From Priapulus caudatus (lineage: Eukaryota), in the NCBI RefSeq assembly GCF_000485595.1, contig NW_014577083.1, forward strand, positions 578,032-612,389: 34,358 nucleotides of DNA, read 5' to 3'. The notes under the pieces are model-generated. The model searched no databases. It had not been told where the DNA came from and was given only the letters and a program-made list of their open reading frames with translations. The position numbers and the translations under genes are program-made. Below are positions 11,915 through 25,368 of the stretch, one piece after another; positions within the stretch are counted from its first letter, which is position 1; each line of letters opens with the position of its first letter.

Positions 11915-12335
11915 TAGGCAGCGCCAGGAGCAGCAGGACAGGCGCCAGCAGCAGTAGCAGCAGTAGCCAGGTAGCAGCGCCAGCAGCAGTACGTATCGAG
12001 TTAGCGGTAACAAGTAGCCAGCTAGTAGTAAGTAGCCAGCAGCCAGCAGTATAGTCGCCCCCCCAACAGTAGTAATACTGCTGTATCGCCTACCTTTAAT
12101 TAGTATTTGTTGTTATGATTATGATTAATATGATTATAGTTGCTATTATTATTAGGTCTTTATTGTTTATAGTTTGTGTTGGAGTTTTTATTACTGTTAT
12201 TACTGCTGTTGCTGTTTTTAGTGTTGTTGGTGTTGTTGTTGTTGTTGTTGTTGTTGTTTCCAACAACGTTTGTTTCTAATACGAGTATGACTGGGGTGGA
12301 CATGTCAAAGGAAACATAAATATCTGTAATATCTG

Positions 12336-12384
<49 letters not shown>

Positions 12385-12402
12385 TATGTATATATATATA
12401 TA
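11915..12402 (+). repeat. Compound simple repeats: noisy (CAG/TAG)n, then (TTG/TTA)n, (AT)n and (AAT)n
   Basis: Direct reading. A short unique spacer lies at ~12260-12336. Confidence 0.88.
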
Positions 12403-13149
12403 GCGCAGTACGCACATACTATTACTATGTTTGGCGTATATCGTGCATTATTGTCCACATATAGCACCCCCTTCCGTATTTACCTATGATTACGATATGC
12501 ATATTTCGCGTATAGACGCGCTGATACACCTGATTATTATGTGCACACAGTTTCTTTGTGTGCGAATTATGAGCATTGTGTGTACCTTTGCTTCTACAAA
12601 CCAGCAACTGAAAGGCTTCAAAAGAGCCCGGGTTTGATCAAATTTGCTCGGATCGATATGGCGTAATGTTTATTTCAACGTGACAATGCCATCGATATAG
12701 CATCGCCTTTGTGTGTCCTGCTCACGGGATCGTGAAACACTAATGTAAGGCTCATAGAATTCGATGTTCGTCTCTCGTGAAGACGGAAGAGTCTGTAGCA
12801 TCATTGCAAATAACGCCCACTATAGTATACCGTACGCGGCGGCGCGACTACGTGTAAAATCTACATTACGTGAGAGGAGTTGGAGAAGGTGGCTAAGGAG
12901 AGATGGTCATATAGATCGACAGAGGGAGTGTAATGGACAAAAATACAAACGGAGATCGGGGTAGAGCGGAAGAGATAGAAAGACCGAAAAGCCGAAATAT
13001 TCCGGGAAAATATATAGAGAGAGTAGGACATTGTGAGAATGAGAGAGATATATAATGGCAAAGTGAAACACGAATAAAAAATGATAAAAATGGAGGAAGG
13101 GAAGAGAGACAGACAGAGAAATTGTGGATGGGTGGGTGGGCCTTTGGGT

Positions 13150-13277
13150 TGAGTGAGGAGTGAGCTGAGTGAGTGAGTGACGATGAGTGAGTGTGAGTGA
13201 GTGGAGTGAGTGGTGAGTGAGTGAGTGAGTGAGTGAGTGAGTGAGTCACTACGTGCGCGCACGCAACCATTCACTCA

Positions 13278-13308
<31 letters not shown>

Positions 13309-13450
13309 CACACACTGACACACATACATACACAACGCACACACACACGCACACACACGCACACACACGCACGCACGCACACACAACACACGCGCGACGC
13401 ACGCACCACGCACGCACGCACACACACGCACGGACACACACACATACATG
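13150..13450 (+). repeat. (GAGT)n followed by (CGCA/CA)n
   Basis: Direct reading. Confidence 0.93.
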
Positions 13451-14084
13451 TACATCCTTACGTACGTAATACATACTTACGTTGAGAGATTGTTTAATAG
13501 TCCACTATATTAATATTTGTCTATAATATCTTTCCTTATTATGCATTATAGTCCTATTTACATCGCTAATTCACTTTACGCATACAAATGTTGTTTAACT
13601 GTTACACACATTCTTTATCGTTATAAATGAATGTTTTAGTTACTGAAATTATTAAACTTTCGGAGAATAGATTTTTCATATTTAGTCCATTTCGTTGCCT
13701 GCAATAAGCAGCAATCGAGAGAACGCATCTCTGCACACTGGAGTAGGGCGCCACCTCTCGAACGTATCTTGCACTACATCGCCTGCCTGAGATCGGGTTT
13801 TCATAATTGTGAAAAAGTAGAATAATACGGTGTGGCGGTACGCTGCATAATTGAAATGTCATAGCTGAAGAATAAGCGCGACGATTTTATTATGAGAGTT
13901 AAAATAACAATGAATACTGTAACATTATGCCTTTGGAATTGCTGCGAAAGATCAGGTCATTGTTACTACCAAGCTAGTGCCCCTGAACGTAGCCTATATG
14001 TATGTTTGTATGTATGCTCTACATACACATCGGTTAAGCGTTTCCCATGTACTGTCATGCAATCTTTTAGACGTCATAGAACTG

Positions 14085-14117
14085 CACGCATGCACGTATA
14101 CACATACCACACGCGAG

Positions 14118-14182
<65 letters not shown>

Positions 14183-14223
14183 CACGCACACGCGTGCACA
14201 CACGCACACATGCTCTCTGCTAG

Positions 14224-14255
<32 letters not shown>

Positions 14256-14384
14256 CTGTCGTGTGTGTGTGCGTGTGCGTGTGCTGTGTGGCGCTGTGCG
14301 TGTGTTGTGTGTGTGTGTCGTGGTGTGTGTGTGTGTGTGTGCGGCGCGTGCGTGCGTGCGTGTGTGCGTGTGTGGGATGTCTCA

Positions 14385-14415
<31 letters not shown>

Positions 14416-14451
14416 CTCTCGTCTCTCTCTCTCTCTCTCTCTTTATCTATC

Positions 14452-14502
<51 letters not shown>

Positions 14503-14570
14503 ATGTATACATATAAATTAATATTATATATATATATATATATATAATATATAATATAAATATATATACA
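14085..14570 (+). repeat. Compound microsatellite (CA)n-(TG)n-(CT)n-(AT)n
   Basis: CA ~14100-14210, TG ~14223-14374, CT ~14380-14442, AT ~14455-14568. Confidence 0.95.
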
Positions 14571-15169
14571 TCGCTTCCTCTTTGATTCTTTTCCCTCTCT
14601 CTTTTTCTCTTTCTTTAACCGCATTTGTTGTAGGCAAGTTTTACGATTCCGATTTTTTATCCTCAGAAGTCGCGCAGTAATTATTCCATCTGAATTCTCT
14701 CGATTGGCCAGACTGCATGATTACATCTGCATGAAAAATACTACGACTAGCAATTCCATGGATTGTTTAGCGGAGCAGCGTTCGCATGACGCAACATTTC
14801 CTGGTCTTGCAAAACACACGGCATTATAATTTCTGACATGGTCCGACGTGATCTGAATACATGACTCTTCAATAATATAAAGCTCTCGTAAAATCTACAC
14901 TTCAATGTAATAGCCGAAGCACGAATCGCCAAGGCAGCGCGGATAGGTGTTTTTTTACGACGCGGCTCCTGTTGTTAATGGTGACGTATAAGCAAGTGTA
15001 GCAGATCGGGGCTCCGTCACCGTATACGTAAACAATACCCTGCATTCAGGTAACGCCAGCTATAGGTATAATGTTGGCGATACGCGTTAAAGTATCACAT
15101 TGGCTAATGATTTTGGGCGATACCTAGGACACGCCACCTGACGTAGCTACTCTGTAGACGAGTGGCGGG

Positions 15170-15310
<141 letters not shown>

Positions 15311-15994
15311 TGTGGATGATATTGCCGCTGACGAGCGTGTGTGAGAGTGTAGTTTCCCACACTGCTTGCTATGTGCATCGGACGCCACATGTCGTGCGCG
15401 TCAGTGCTTGCGCGAGAGAGCAGAGAGTTTCGCGTATAGATTATATTTTCAATTAGACATGACAATAGTCGTCCGGTAATGAGACGGGCCGAAAGTCAAA
15501 CATGATTTTCGCCGCAGCTGATGGGCTCCTATTTACACACAGACGCGCATATGTCTCTTAATCAAGCCACTGAATTGCGGGTATCCTCAAGCCGTGGCGG
15601 TCATCCGTGCCGTGTGTGGACACGCCTGATTGTAACTCTACATACGGAACACCCTGCGGGCAGTAAAGTTGAGCAGGCGTGCACGCTCACGCAGCCCCGC
15701 GTGTATAGCAAGCAGTAAGGTAGAGAGATGTGTGCAGAAGTACCGAGGTACCGAAGTAGAAAGAACCGTGAAATAGTTTATAACGAACGGTAGAATCAAA
15801 CTAGGTATCGCGTGCAGGATCCTATACACATGCAGCTCTAATAATTTGTCATGACGAAATTTTCGAGCCACGTCCAGGCTTAGTCATTGTGATATTAGAT
15901 ATCCTCGCGTGTGTTTTGTGAAGTGACATCTGTTATAGTTGATGGCAAGAGATTCGCACTACCCAATCCGTTACGACTAGCCGCGATTTTCGCT

Positions 15995-16256
15995 GTCCCT
16001 CCGTCTCCCTCTTTCCTCTCTACTCCTCTCGCTGTCTTTCTCTATCTCTCTCCTATTTCACTCTATGTGTATCTTTCTCTGCTCACCTGTGTCTTTCTCT
16101 CTCAGCGTTATTCTCCTATCTCGCTCTTTCTCTCGCACCCTCGCCTTCTCTATCGCTCTCTTCCTCTCCCCTCTCTCTTGCTCTCTCTCTCCTCTCTCTC
16201 CCTCTTTCTCCTCTCTCTCTCTCTCTCTCTCTCTCCTCTCCGCTCTCTCCCTCTTG

Positions 16257-16289
<33 letters not shown>

Positions 16290-16389
16290 CTCTCATCTCT
16301 CTCTCTCTCTTCTTTCTTCCGCTTCGCTCTTCTCTCTCTCTCTCTCTCCTCCTCTCTCTCTTTCTCCATCTCTCTCTCTCTCGCTCTCG
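15995..16389 (+). repeat. Degenerate (CT)n polypyrimidine tract
   Basis: Direct reading. It generates the L/S-rich and E/R-rich ORFs. Confidence 0.93.
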
Positions 16390-19289
16390 ACTGATTCCTG
16401 TACGAATCCTATGGCTTTTAGCTGCAGGTGGGCGGATTGTTGCATGCATATCTCTATTATGTACCTCTGTGCTTATATCATTGTGCATGGATTATGGCGT
16501 TTCTCCTCAGTGTATTACAGTTTGTATCCGGTATATCTACAGTGTTAACATCAGTTAATCTTACACGGAAGTATACAGACTGTTATGGTAAAGTCGTATT
16601 CTTCTTAAATTTAGTTCGGAACCATGTCAACGCAAATCTCCCGTTGCTTTTTATCCGTGTGCGTGCCCGCAGCGTAGCTTATCTCTCGCCATGTCATTTT
16701 GGTATAAACGAAAATATTTTACTTCAATCTCATCGGCTTTGCATAATTTACTAGCTCGCGATGAGAATAGGTTGAAGCCTTCTTCCACGACGGGCCGCCC
16801 AAACATAGTGTCGCGATAACATCTCCGTATTCTATATGCAAACTGAGATTTTTCTCTGTGACACTGCGAATATCTGTAATTGTTTACCTCTAATAGAAGT
16901 CGACGTGCTACAAATGTCAGTGAGCAGTGCATGTGCAAGCATGCACATAAACACGCACACGTTTGCCGCATTTGGCTGGGACTAGGGAGGTTTCAGGACA
17001 CGTACGTGCACAGGCCATTTTCTACTGCGTTGGTCTCAATCGTTGTGGCTTTTCGAAAGAGAGTGCATGTGCAAGGGCGCGAATTCATAGCGAGGGTAGG
17101 GCATTAGATGCGCGCTAAGCTAGTTGCTGGTGAAGCAACGTGAGTTAATGCGTCGTCGAGATTGCATGACACTGAATGTGACACTATAGTGTGCGGGTGC
17201 GACGATGACGCCGACGCCAGCGCTCCTGTGAATCATAACCGTGTGCCAGTTGCCGTAGATATACGACGCGATGCGACGCGATTCGGTGCTCGCCCGACGT
17301 TTAGCGTCGCAGATGTGGGTCACCGCGAGAAATTATTGCCACCCGACGCGCGGTTTTACATGTCTGAGCAGCGAACAATTAGAACATTAGACGTCGCGCG
17401 AGAAAGACAGTATACGCGCCGCGGGCGAAGTCACGCGCGCGCGCAGATAATTTATGCTCAGGTGTGACGCATGTGACAAGTGGCGACTTTTCTCCGGTCC
17501 GGTCAGATTCTTCGCAGAATGAGATTTGCATATGCGTAGTATAAATTCCCCAAATGCTGCTTGTTCGACCCCGATGTGTAAAGAATTGTCGCTTAATTCT
17601 TGCTATCTTTGCTATATATGCATCTATTTCGTATTTGTGCTGTCGGTGGTCTATCATGTTTCGTTAGAAGCTCGTGTATGTGTGACGTACCAGGTAAATT
17701 ATGTGCTGTTATTCGATTCGTCACTAAAAAGCCTCATCGTATGTCGATACCTGTTATGTAAATATTCAATGTAAATGCGCCAGAATGGATGGTGCGAAGC
17801 ACGTGGACTTACGTGGACGTCGATTATTTTATGACCCACATGATTATCACGAGCCAATCGGATTCGTCTGATACAAAAACACATGCGCTTATGATAATAT
17901 ATGTGACGTGCAGAAAATTCGCGCGCGTCATATACGCATATGCAAGGTTAGGTTTCTACTCCACACATAACGAACATTTTTGTACAACGAGAAGTGATAT
18001 AGCTGAACAAGAGACTGCAGCCGCATGCTCTACTATACTAAGGAACTACTAAACTGCAAAACAGTCGCGCTAGCCATAGAAGCAATCCCTGCATGTGCGT
18101 GTGTTGCTGCCCCGGGTCTAGCAGGACTGTCGCGTGACTACGCGAACGATGCGGGTTCACCTAGGCAACGGCGCGTTTCTGCGGACAGCATTTCCGACGT
18201 GTCTCGCCCAGCCGCGTGTGTACAGGTGCGTGCTGTCAACACACGCGCACCCCCCCGACCACCTATATAACCTATACCATCGTGGCCACAATGTGGGAGG
18301 CTGAAATCTATGCGTAAATTCATGTGTACTAAGAAAAATGTAAAGCATCTTGCAAGACAGTACGGTATCCTGTGTCTAACCTATGCGATGCGTACCCGCG
18401 GAAGGCGAAATGGGATGGGAGGAGGGGGGGAGGCGGAAAGGGGAGAGGAGATTCTATGAAAATGGAGTTTCGAATGTTCATAGTAGAACGCTAATAGTAA
18501 CTCCGTGGGTATATCTTAAACGGGGACGGATCTTGTTCGATGATCCTGGTTATGAGTTAGATATAGTTGCATGCGGTCGGACGATGCATGCTGTTAGGCC
18601 TGGTGTATTGCCTCCCTCTCCACCAACCCCCTACCCTCGCCGATATCTCTTTATCGTCGCCCTTTCTCCCTTCGCTGCTAGCGTATCAGCGCTCTCCCGT
18701 CCTCCCTACCTGCCTGCGCCGAACTCTTTATCACGTTCTTTGCTTAATCCATTCCTTACCTCACCGTCTCTCTCTCTCTTTCTCACTCCCTGCTGCAGAT
18801 TTTATTGTCTTGATTCGTACGCGAGCTGCGTTGATCGAGTTCGTTTATTGTAGTTTATGTCGCGCATATATGTATCTTTATAGCTTTAAAATAAGGGTTT
18901 CATCCCTACCGATTTACGTCGATGCCCACGGACACGTGAGTTTGGCAACGCTGTGACACACCATCAACGCATCTACATCACTATGTGAAGCGTTCAACAT
19001 TTTATTTTGATGGTTCTTCCGATTTCCCAGGAGGAGACGATGCGTGATTTAACTATACACCCGGACTCGCCGCGCGTGCATGCGAACCAGCACAAAATAT
19101 AGTGATTACGCTCATTATCTTCACACACCCACACAAAGCCCCGAATTTCCAAACTTCTGCCGACGGTTCTGCTCTGATTTAACACGTTGAAAAGTTGTTA
19201 GTTTTTTTCTGTGGTAAATAAATACACGGCACACCAGTGCTATACGGAAAACGTTACCGCCCGTCTCGCTCTCTATCCCCCTCTCTCGC

Positions 19290-19565
19290 TATCTATCTAT
19301 TTATCTATCTATTTATCTATGTATGTATGTATGTATGTATGTATGTATGTATGTATGTATGTATGTACGTACGTACGTACGTACGTACGTACGTACGTAC
19401 GTACGTACGTATGTATGTATGTATGTATGTATGTATGTACGTATGTATGTATGTATGTATGTATGTATGTATGTATGTATGTATGTATGTATGTATGTAT
19501 GTATGTATGTGCGTTTATGTGTGTGAGTATATGCGAGTATGTATATGACCGTACGTACGTACGTA
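19290..19565 (+). repeat. Tetranucleotide series (TATC)n-(TATG)n-(TACG)11-(TATG)n
   Basis: In-phase units. The TACG block spans 19366-19409. Confidence 0.97.
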
Positions 19566-20164
19566 TAGGTGTGCGATGCGGGGAATTCACCGCGTAAGAG
19601 ATCGAACTACGTCATCTTGCGTAACGCAGCGATGGTAAAACGATCGCGACTTTTATAGTCTCGGCAACAATCGGCAGCGACCGCGCGGGCTCACAACTCT
19701 CGCCGCTACTGTATATATAGACGCTAGTATAAAGTTGTAAACGGGTAAAATATTCGGCTGTAAAACTTAGGGCTGGGCCCGAGGCCTGCCGCCATCCACA
19801 CCGCTGACTGACTGCGCCGCTCCGCAAACTGGTTATTTCGGCAATTTACCTGTCAGGTGGAGCCGTAGAGGGAGCGCTGTGATCGCGGGGAGAGACGGGG
19901 TCCGCCTTTGTTTCACCGCCTGCGGGCAACGCGGGCGGACAATACATTACCGTGCTATTTCCGTAGCCTCTCGTTGGTGAACAAGTTCTTAAATCAGGCG
20001 AACAATTAGCAGGGAATCGTTCGACTCTTTTCAGCATCGCTGACTGTCTTTGGCGAGTTTTGAATAAAAACACGAGCCAGTCTTGTCATAATATTCTAGT
20101 CGGCACAAAGGTAATGTCAAATAGGTTAACCCGCGTGTTTTCAGCAGTCCGCCTGCGTCTACAC

Positions 20165-20592
20165 CACGCGTGCACGTGTGCGTGCCTGCGCGCGTGTGCG
20201 TGAGTCTGTCCAGGTATGCGTTTGCGTGCGTGTATGCATGATCGTGTGCATGTGCGTACGTGAGTGTGCGGGCATATGAGTGTGTTGGTGCACATGAGTG
20301 TGTTCGTGCGTGCTTGTTGCACGTGTGCGTGCATGTGTATGCGAGCGTGTGCGCGTGCGTGTTGTGCGTGTGCGCGTGTGTGCATCGCGTGCGTGCGTGC
20401 TTGTGCGTATGCGTGCGTACGTGTGTGCGTGCGTGCGTGTGTGTGTATGTGTGTGTGTGTGTGCGTGCTTGTTCGTATGTGTGTGTGCGTGCGTGCGTGT
20501 GTGTGTATGTGTGTCATGTGAGTGTGTGTGTGAGCGCGCGTGTGTGTGCGTGCTTGTGTGTGTGTGTGTGCACGTGTGCGTGTGCGTGTGTG
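20165..20592 (+). repeat. Degenerate (TG)/(TGCG)n alternating purine-pyrimidine tract
   Basis: Direct reading. Confidence 0.92.
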
Positions 20593-21930
20593 GCAGTGTG
20601 GTCCCGTGACAGTGTCCTGAATGATGGGTCGCCCCTGTCGCGCTCACACGCTTCCATTGTCAGTCGATCTGTCCCATGTTAACTTGACATCCCTTTGGAA
20701 CACCCACTAGTATTGCACAGCTACCATTGTCGCGAGACCTCCGTGTGTTATTCACCGAGAAAGACGTGTGCTTAGAACTCGAAATGACTACGCTCGCACG
20801 CGTCCTTGTGTTTATTTGCTGCTTAGGAGGGGGAGAGACACGCGGATACGTAGTCAGACATAACAGCGGCAGTATAATATACCAGACCGCCATAAAGCTG
20901 CCGTCATGATACTGTCTTATACGGAGGAAAACACTGGGGAAACGTAGCGACGAGTTTTAGCGTTAGAGTTTAGCGACACCACCTGCTTAAATGTAAACGT
21001 TGGGCACAGTGTTTGGGTTTTTTCCACGGATGAATGAGAAAGTTGAACCTTCGCAGTTAAGTCGACTACGTTTATTCTCGAGGCTGCCTATGTGCAAACC
21101 AATATACGCATGAAATAAAAGTAGCACTGTGATAAAACCTTGCAATGGTTCGTTGTTTTCTTGACACTAAGGCGCACAATTGTGACTAATTGATTTGACA
21201 AAAACGGTTTTGACTAATCACAGAAAAAACCCATCGTTCTAACAACGAGCCCCCGAATTGTTGACAACAACGTAGATGTGCAACGACCTCGTAAGTGTAG
21301 AACATTTACGATTCCGCTATAGGCATGCCTCTGATCGCAGCGAGGCGCCATCACTTGTAGCTGCGCCGTGAGTGTGCGAGAGAAGCAGCTGTGAGATGCG
21401 TGAGATCGGCTGATCATGATCCTCCTCCGTCGCAGTCTTCACGGGGATTCCAGTTTACACGAGGTTAGCGCGGGTCATTCTATCTATGTCAGAACCCCGA
21501 CAAATGTCTGGGCCTGCGTGTACGCAGCTATGCGCAAAATGTGTCGAAATCCGCGCCAGCTACCCTTATCGCTGGATTTCATCGAGGAATAGGCCGCATA
21601 TCGCCGGCCGCATCGGGCGCGCTGAAATTAAAGTGCGACACGAAGGGCAATTTTGGGCCATAATTACCGAAATACTTTCGGAGCAGGTTCAGTAGCAGAC
21701 ACTGTGTGTGTGGGAGGGGATTAATAAACGTGGGAAGTGGCCGGAGATCCACTGGTCACCGTTCCCGTCGTCGTTGTCGTCACTGCACGGCGGCTACTTC
21801 ACGTAGTTCGCCTTGAATTAGGAGACCTCCTGTGATCAGCCATAATGCTCTCACATCCGTCACATTTCAGCGCTTTAGTCTTCTAATCCTCAATTAAGTT
21901 TAGGAGAACCCCGTTATGTGTTGAGAACTT

Positions 21931-21978
21931 ACACGCGCACGTACGAACACACACGCACGCACGCACGCACGCGCGCAG

Positions 21979-22021
<43 letters not shown>
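21931..22021 (+). repeat. (CGCA)n then (GA)n running into the gap
   Basis: Direct reading. Confidence 0.95.
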
Positions 22022-22317
22022 NNNNNNNNNNNNNNNNNNNNNNNNNNNNNNNNNNNNNNNNNNNNNNNNNNNNNNNNNNNNNNNNNNNNNNNNNNNNNNN
22101 NNNNNNNNNNNNNNNNNNNNNNNNNNNNNNNNNNNNNNNNNNNNNNNNNNNNNNNNNNNNNNNNNNNNNNNNNNNNNNNNNNNNNNNNNNNNNNNNNNNN
22201 NNNNNNNNNNNNNNNNNNNNNNNNNNNNNNNNNNNNNNNNNNNNNNNNNNNNNNNNNNNNNNNNNNNNNNNNNNNNNNNNNNNNNNNNNNNNNNNNNNNN
22301 NNNNNNNNNNNNNNNNN
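22022..22317. other. Assembly gap (296 N)
   Basis: N run flanked by (GA)n and (AT)n. Confidence 1.
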
Positions 22318-23329
22318 ATATATATATATGTATAATAATTTGGCCTAGATCTCGTGATCCTGTAGCGTTATCTTGCACAACACAGAGAAGGTTTTCGATA
22401 TTCGATAATTACGTAATTGCAGACAAGACACCAGGCGCTGTCATCATTAACCTCTAAAATATTATAATCGATGTGTTCGTGTCTTGTCGGCCCAATGTCC
22501 GTCCGTCGGCCCCTAGCTGTGAGTGAGCAGATAGTCGCATCGTGCACTCTGTCAGTGGCAACAGTCGCAAAGCTATCAATTTGTAATCTGCGTATCGCCA
22601 GCGGCGCCTGACTCTATGCCCCGCAGGCGTCATTGAGAGTATCTGATGGGTTTATCCATCACGGCAGTTAAGAAACTGGGTAAGGAGAACGACACACTGC
22701 CCTATCACCGAGGGCGCTATCTTTTTCGCGACAAAGGTAAAATTGAACGCGCTGCCGTCTGCGGAATGTCGGACGACACCGCGGTGACACACAAACAGCG
22801 ACGGAGAGCGCGAGAGGGAGGGAGCTTCACTTTCGTTGCCACGCCAAAATACAGCGTCGTCATCAGTAAAAGGAAAAGTAACGAGTTGTCACCGCAGCAT
22901 GGAACAATGTTGTTGCGTTTGCTGCTACGATGTGTACAGGGTGCGATGTGTACGATTAATAGCTCTTCACAGTGATGCCACGGTCTCTTCAACCTCATCA
23001 AACATCACATGAAAACAGCGTATCAAAATTATTCGATTGGTCAGTCGGTCAGTCAGCATTTGTGATGTGGGTAGATTTGATTACAAGTCATGATCACTCG
23101 TGAATAATCGTAAATTGAATAGTGTGATATTATCATGGGTTTATCGACTAAGAACTGAGAAGTTTGTTGCGCATTAGTCTTTCATTCGCACGTCTTATTG
23201 GCAATCGTTTGTCTTCCATCGCTGCGCCCGCGATGAGGTTGAACGCTGCATGCCTGCGTCTGTAACGAGATAACCCACATTCATCGTGACACAGTAGATA
23301 CGCAAATCCCGCAATATATGGCGTTAGCG

Positions 23330-23386
<57 letters not shown>

Positions 23387-24803
23387 GTGTTGTGTGCATG
23401 CGTGCGTGTGCGTGTGCGTGTGGTGTGTGTGCTTGCGCGGGTGGCGCGTCGCAGTCCCGTGTACGGTGTATGTGGCTTGCCTGCCCGTCTAGTCTTGTGA
23501 GTGGTTTTATGTGTTTGTTTATTATTGTTTGTTTTTGTTGTTGAGTGTGTGTGCGCGTGTGTCCTGCGTATGAGCACGGGCCGGATGCCGTCGTATGTGA
23601 GTCTGTGAGTGCTGCGTATGGATTGCGCGTGTGCCTGCCAGGTGTGCGATATCATTTCGGAACGTTGTGCAATTGCTCGCTTCTCTCGGTTCTCCTTCTT
23701 GCTCGCAATTTGGTGGCTACCTTCTGTCTTACGCTCTTCCAGTCTGCTCGTCTCTTCTATCTATCTCGTCACAACCATCTTCTTCATCTCATCTAAGCCT
23801 CTTCGCGCAGCTCTCCTCTCTCTCTCTCTCTCCCATCCTCGTCTCTCCCTCTCTCAGCTCTCTCTCGTCCTCCTCCGCTCTCTCTCGCACACACCAATGC
23901 CCACTGTCAGTCAGTCACTCATCTCTCTCTCTCGTTCTCTCTCTCTTCTCTCTCTCATCTCTCGCACACACAGTCACTCTCTCTTCTCTCTCTCTTTCCT
24001 CCCTCTCTCTCATCCCCTCTGACTCTCACACACACACACACTCCACTCCCTCTCCTCTCTCTCGCGCACGCTTTCTCTTCTCACTCTCTCTCTCTCTCTC
24101 TCCTCACACACACACACTCTCTCGAGCTTTCTCTCTCTCTCTCTCTCCTTTCTCTCTCGTCTCTTCACTCTCTCTCTCACCCTCCTCTCTCGCACACCAC
24201 ACACACTCTCTCGCGCGGCTTTCTCTCTCTATCTCTCTTACACACTCCCTCTACCCCTCGCTCCTCTCTCACTCTTGCTCACCCCCCCCCCTCTTCACAC
24301 ACCTTTCTCGTCGCTTTCTCCTTTCTCTCGACCCGTCTCTCTCTCTCTCCTCACACATGCCACTCTCCTCCCTACCCGCTCTCGCTCTCGTCTCTCTCAC
24401 ACTCGCGTCAGCCTCTCGCTATGCCGCTCTCTCACACCCCCCCCCTCTCTCTCTCTCTCACACTCCTCACCGTCTCTCTCTCTCTCTCTCTCTCTCTCAC
24501 CCACGCCGTTCGTCTCTCTCTCTCTCTCTCCACACACTCACGTCTCTCTCACCGCACCTTGCTCTCACTGACACACTTGCCCTCACCTCCCTGTCGTTCT
24601 CGTCGTCCTCGCGCCTGCTCTGCTCTGTGGCGTCCTCTGTCTCTCGTTCTCTCCTCACTCTCACCGCTCGGGTCGCTCTCGGTCGCTTTCTCTCACCTCT
24701 GTGGTCGTCCTACCCCGCCTGTCGCGCTCTCGTCGGTCACTGAACACACACTCTCGGTCTGCGCGGCGAGGCTGCGCTTTCGTCGGGTCTCTCGCTCCTC
24801 TCC
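23330..24803 (+). repeat. (TG)n decaying into a noisy (CT)/(CTCA)-rich tract, likely raw-read extension into the gap
   Basis: Perfect TG to ~23385, then progressively irregular TG and CT/CA sequence up to the Ns. Confidence 0.85.
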
Positions 24804-25186
24804 NNNNNNNNNNNNNNNNNNNNNNNNNNNNNNNNNNNNNNNNNNNNNNNNNNNNNNNNNNNNNNNNNNNNNNNNNNNNNNNNNNNNNNNNNNNNNNNNN
24901 NNNNNNNNNNNNNNNNNNNNNNNNNNNNNNNNNNNNNNNNNNNNNNNNNNNNNNNNNNNNNNNNNNNNNNNNNNNNNNNNNNNNNNNNNNNNNNNNNNNN
25001 NNNNNNNNNNNNNNNNNNNNNNNNNNNNNNNNNNNNNNNNNNNNNNNNNNNNNNNNNNNNNNNNNNNNNNNNNNNNNNNNNNNNNNNNNNNNNNNNNNNN
25101 NNNNNNNNNNNNNNNNNNNNNNNNNNNNNNNNNNNNNNNNNNNNNNNNNNNNNNNNNNNNNNNNNNNNNNNNNNNNNNNNNNNNNN
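24804..25186. other. Assembly gap (383 N)
   Basis: N run. Confidence 1.
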
Positions 25187-25259
<73 letters not shown>

Positions 25260-25368
25260 TCACTCTCTCACTCTCTCACTCTCTCACTCTCTCTCACTCT
25301 CTCACTCTCTCACTCTCTCACTCTCTCACTCTCTCACTCTCTCACTCTCTCACTCTCTCACTCTCTCA
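25187..25368 (+). repeat. (CT)n followed by (CTCACTCT)n octamer array
   Basis: Direct reading. Confidence 0.97.

Noticed and set aside
17178..17189. GTGACACTATAG, the 3' part of the SP6 promoter (vector contamination)
   Set aside because: Only 12 of 18 nt match and there is no adjacent vector sequence.
22825..22870. Minus-strand CTGATGA...GAAA hammerhead ribozyme core (similar motif near 25375-25396)
   Set aside because: Stem II closing pair is absent and no stem I/III pairing could be built.
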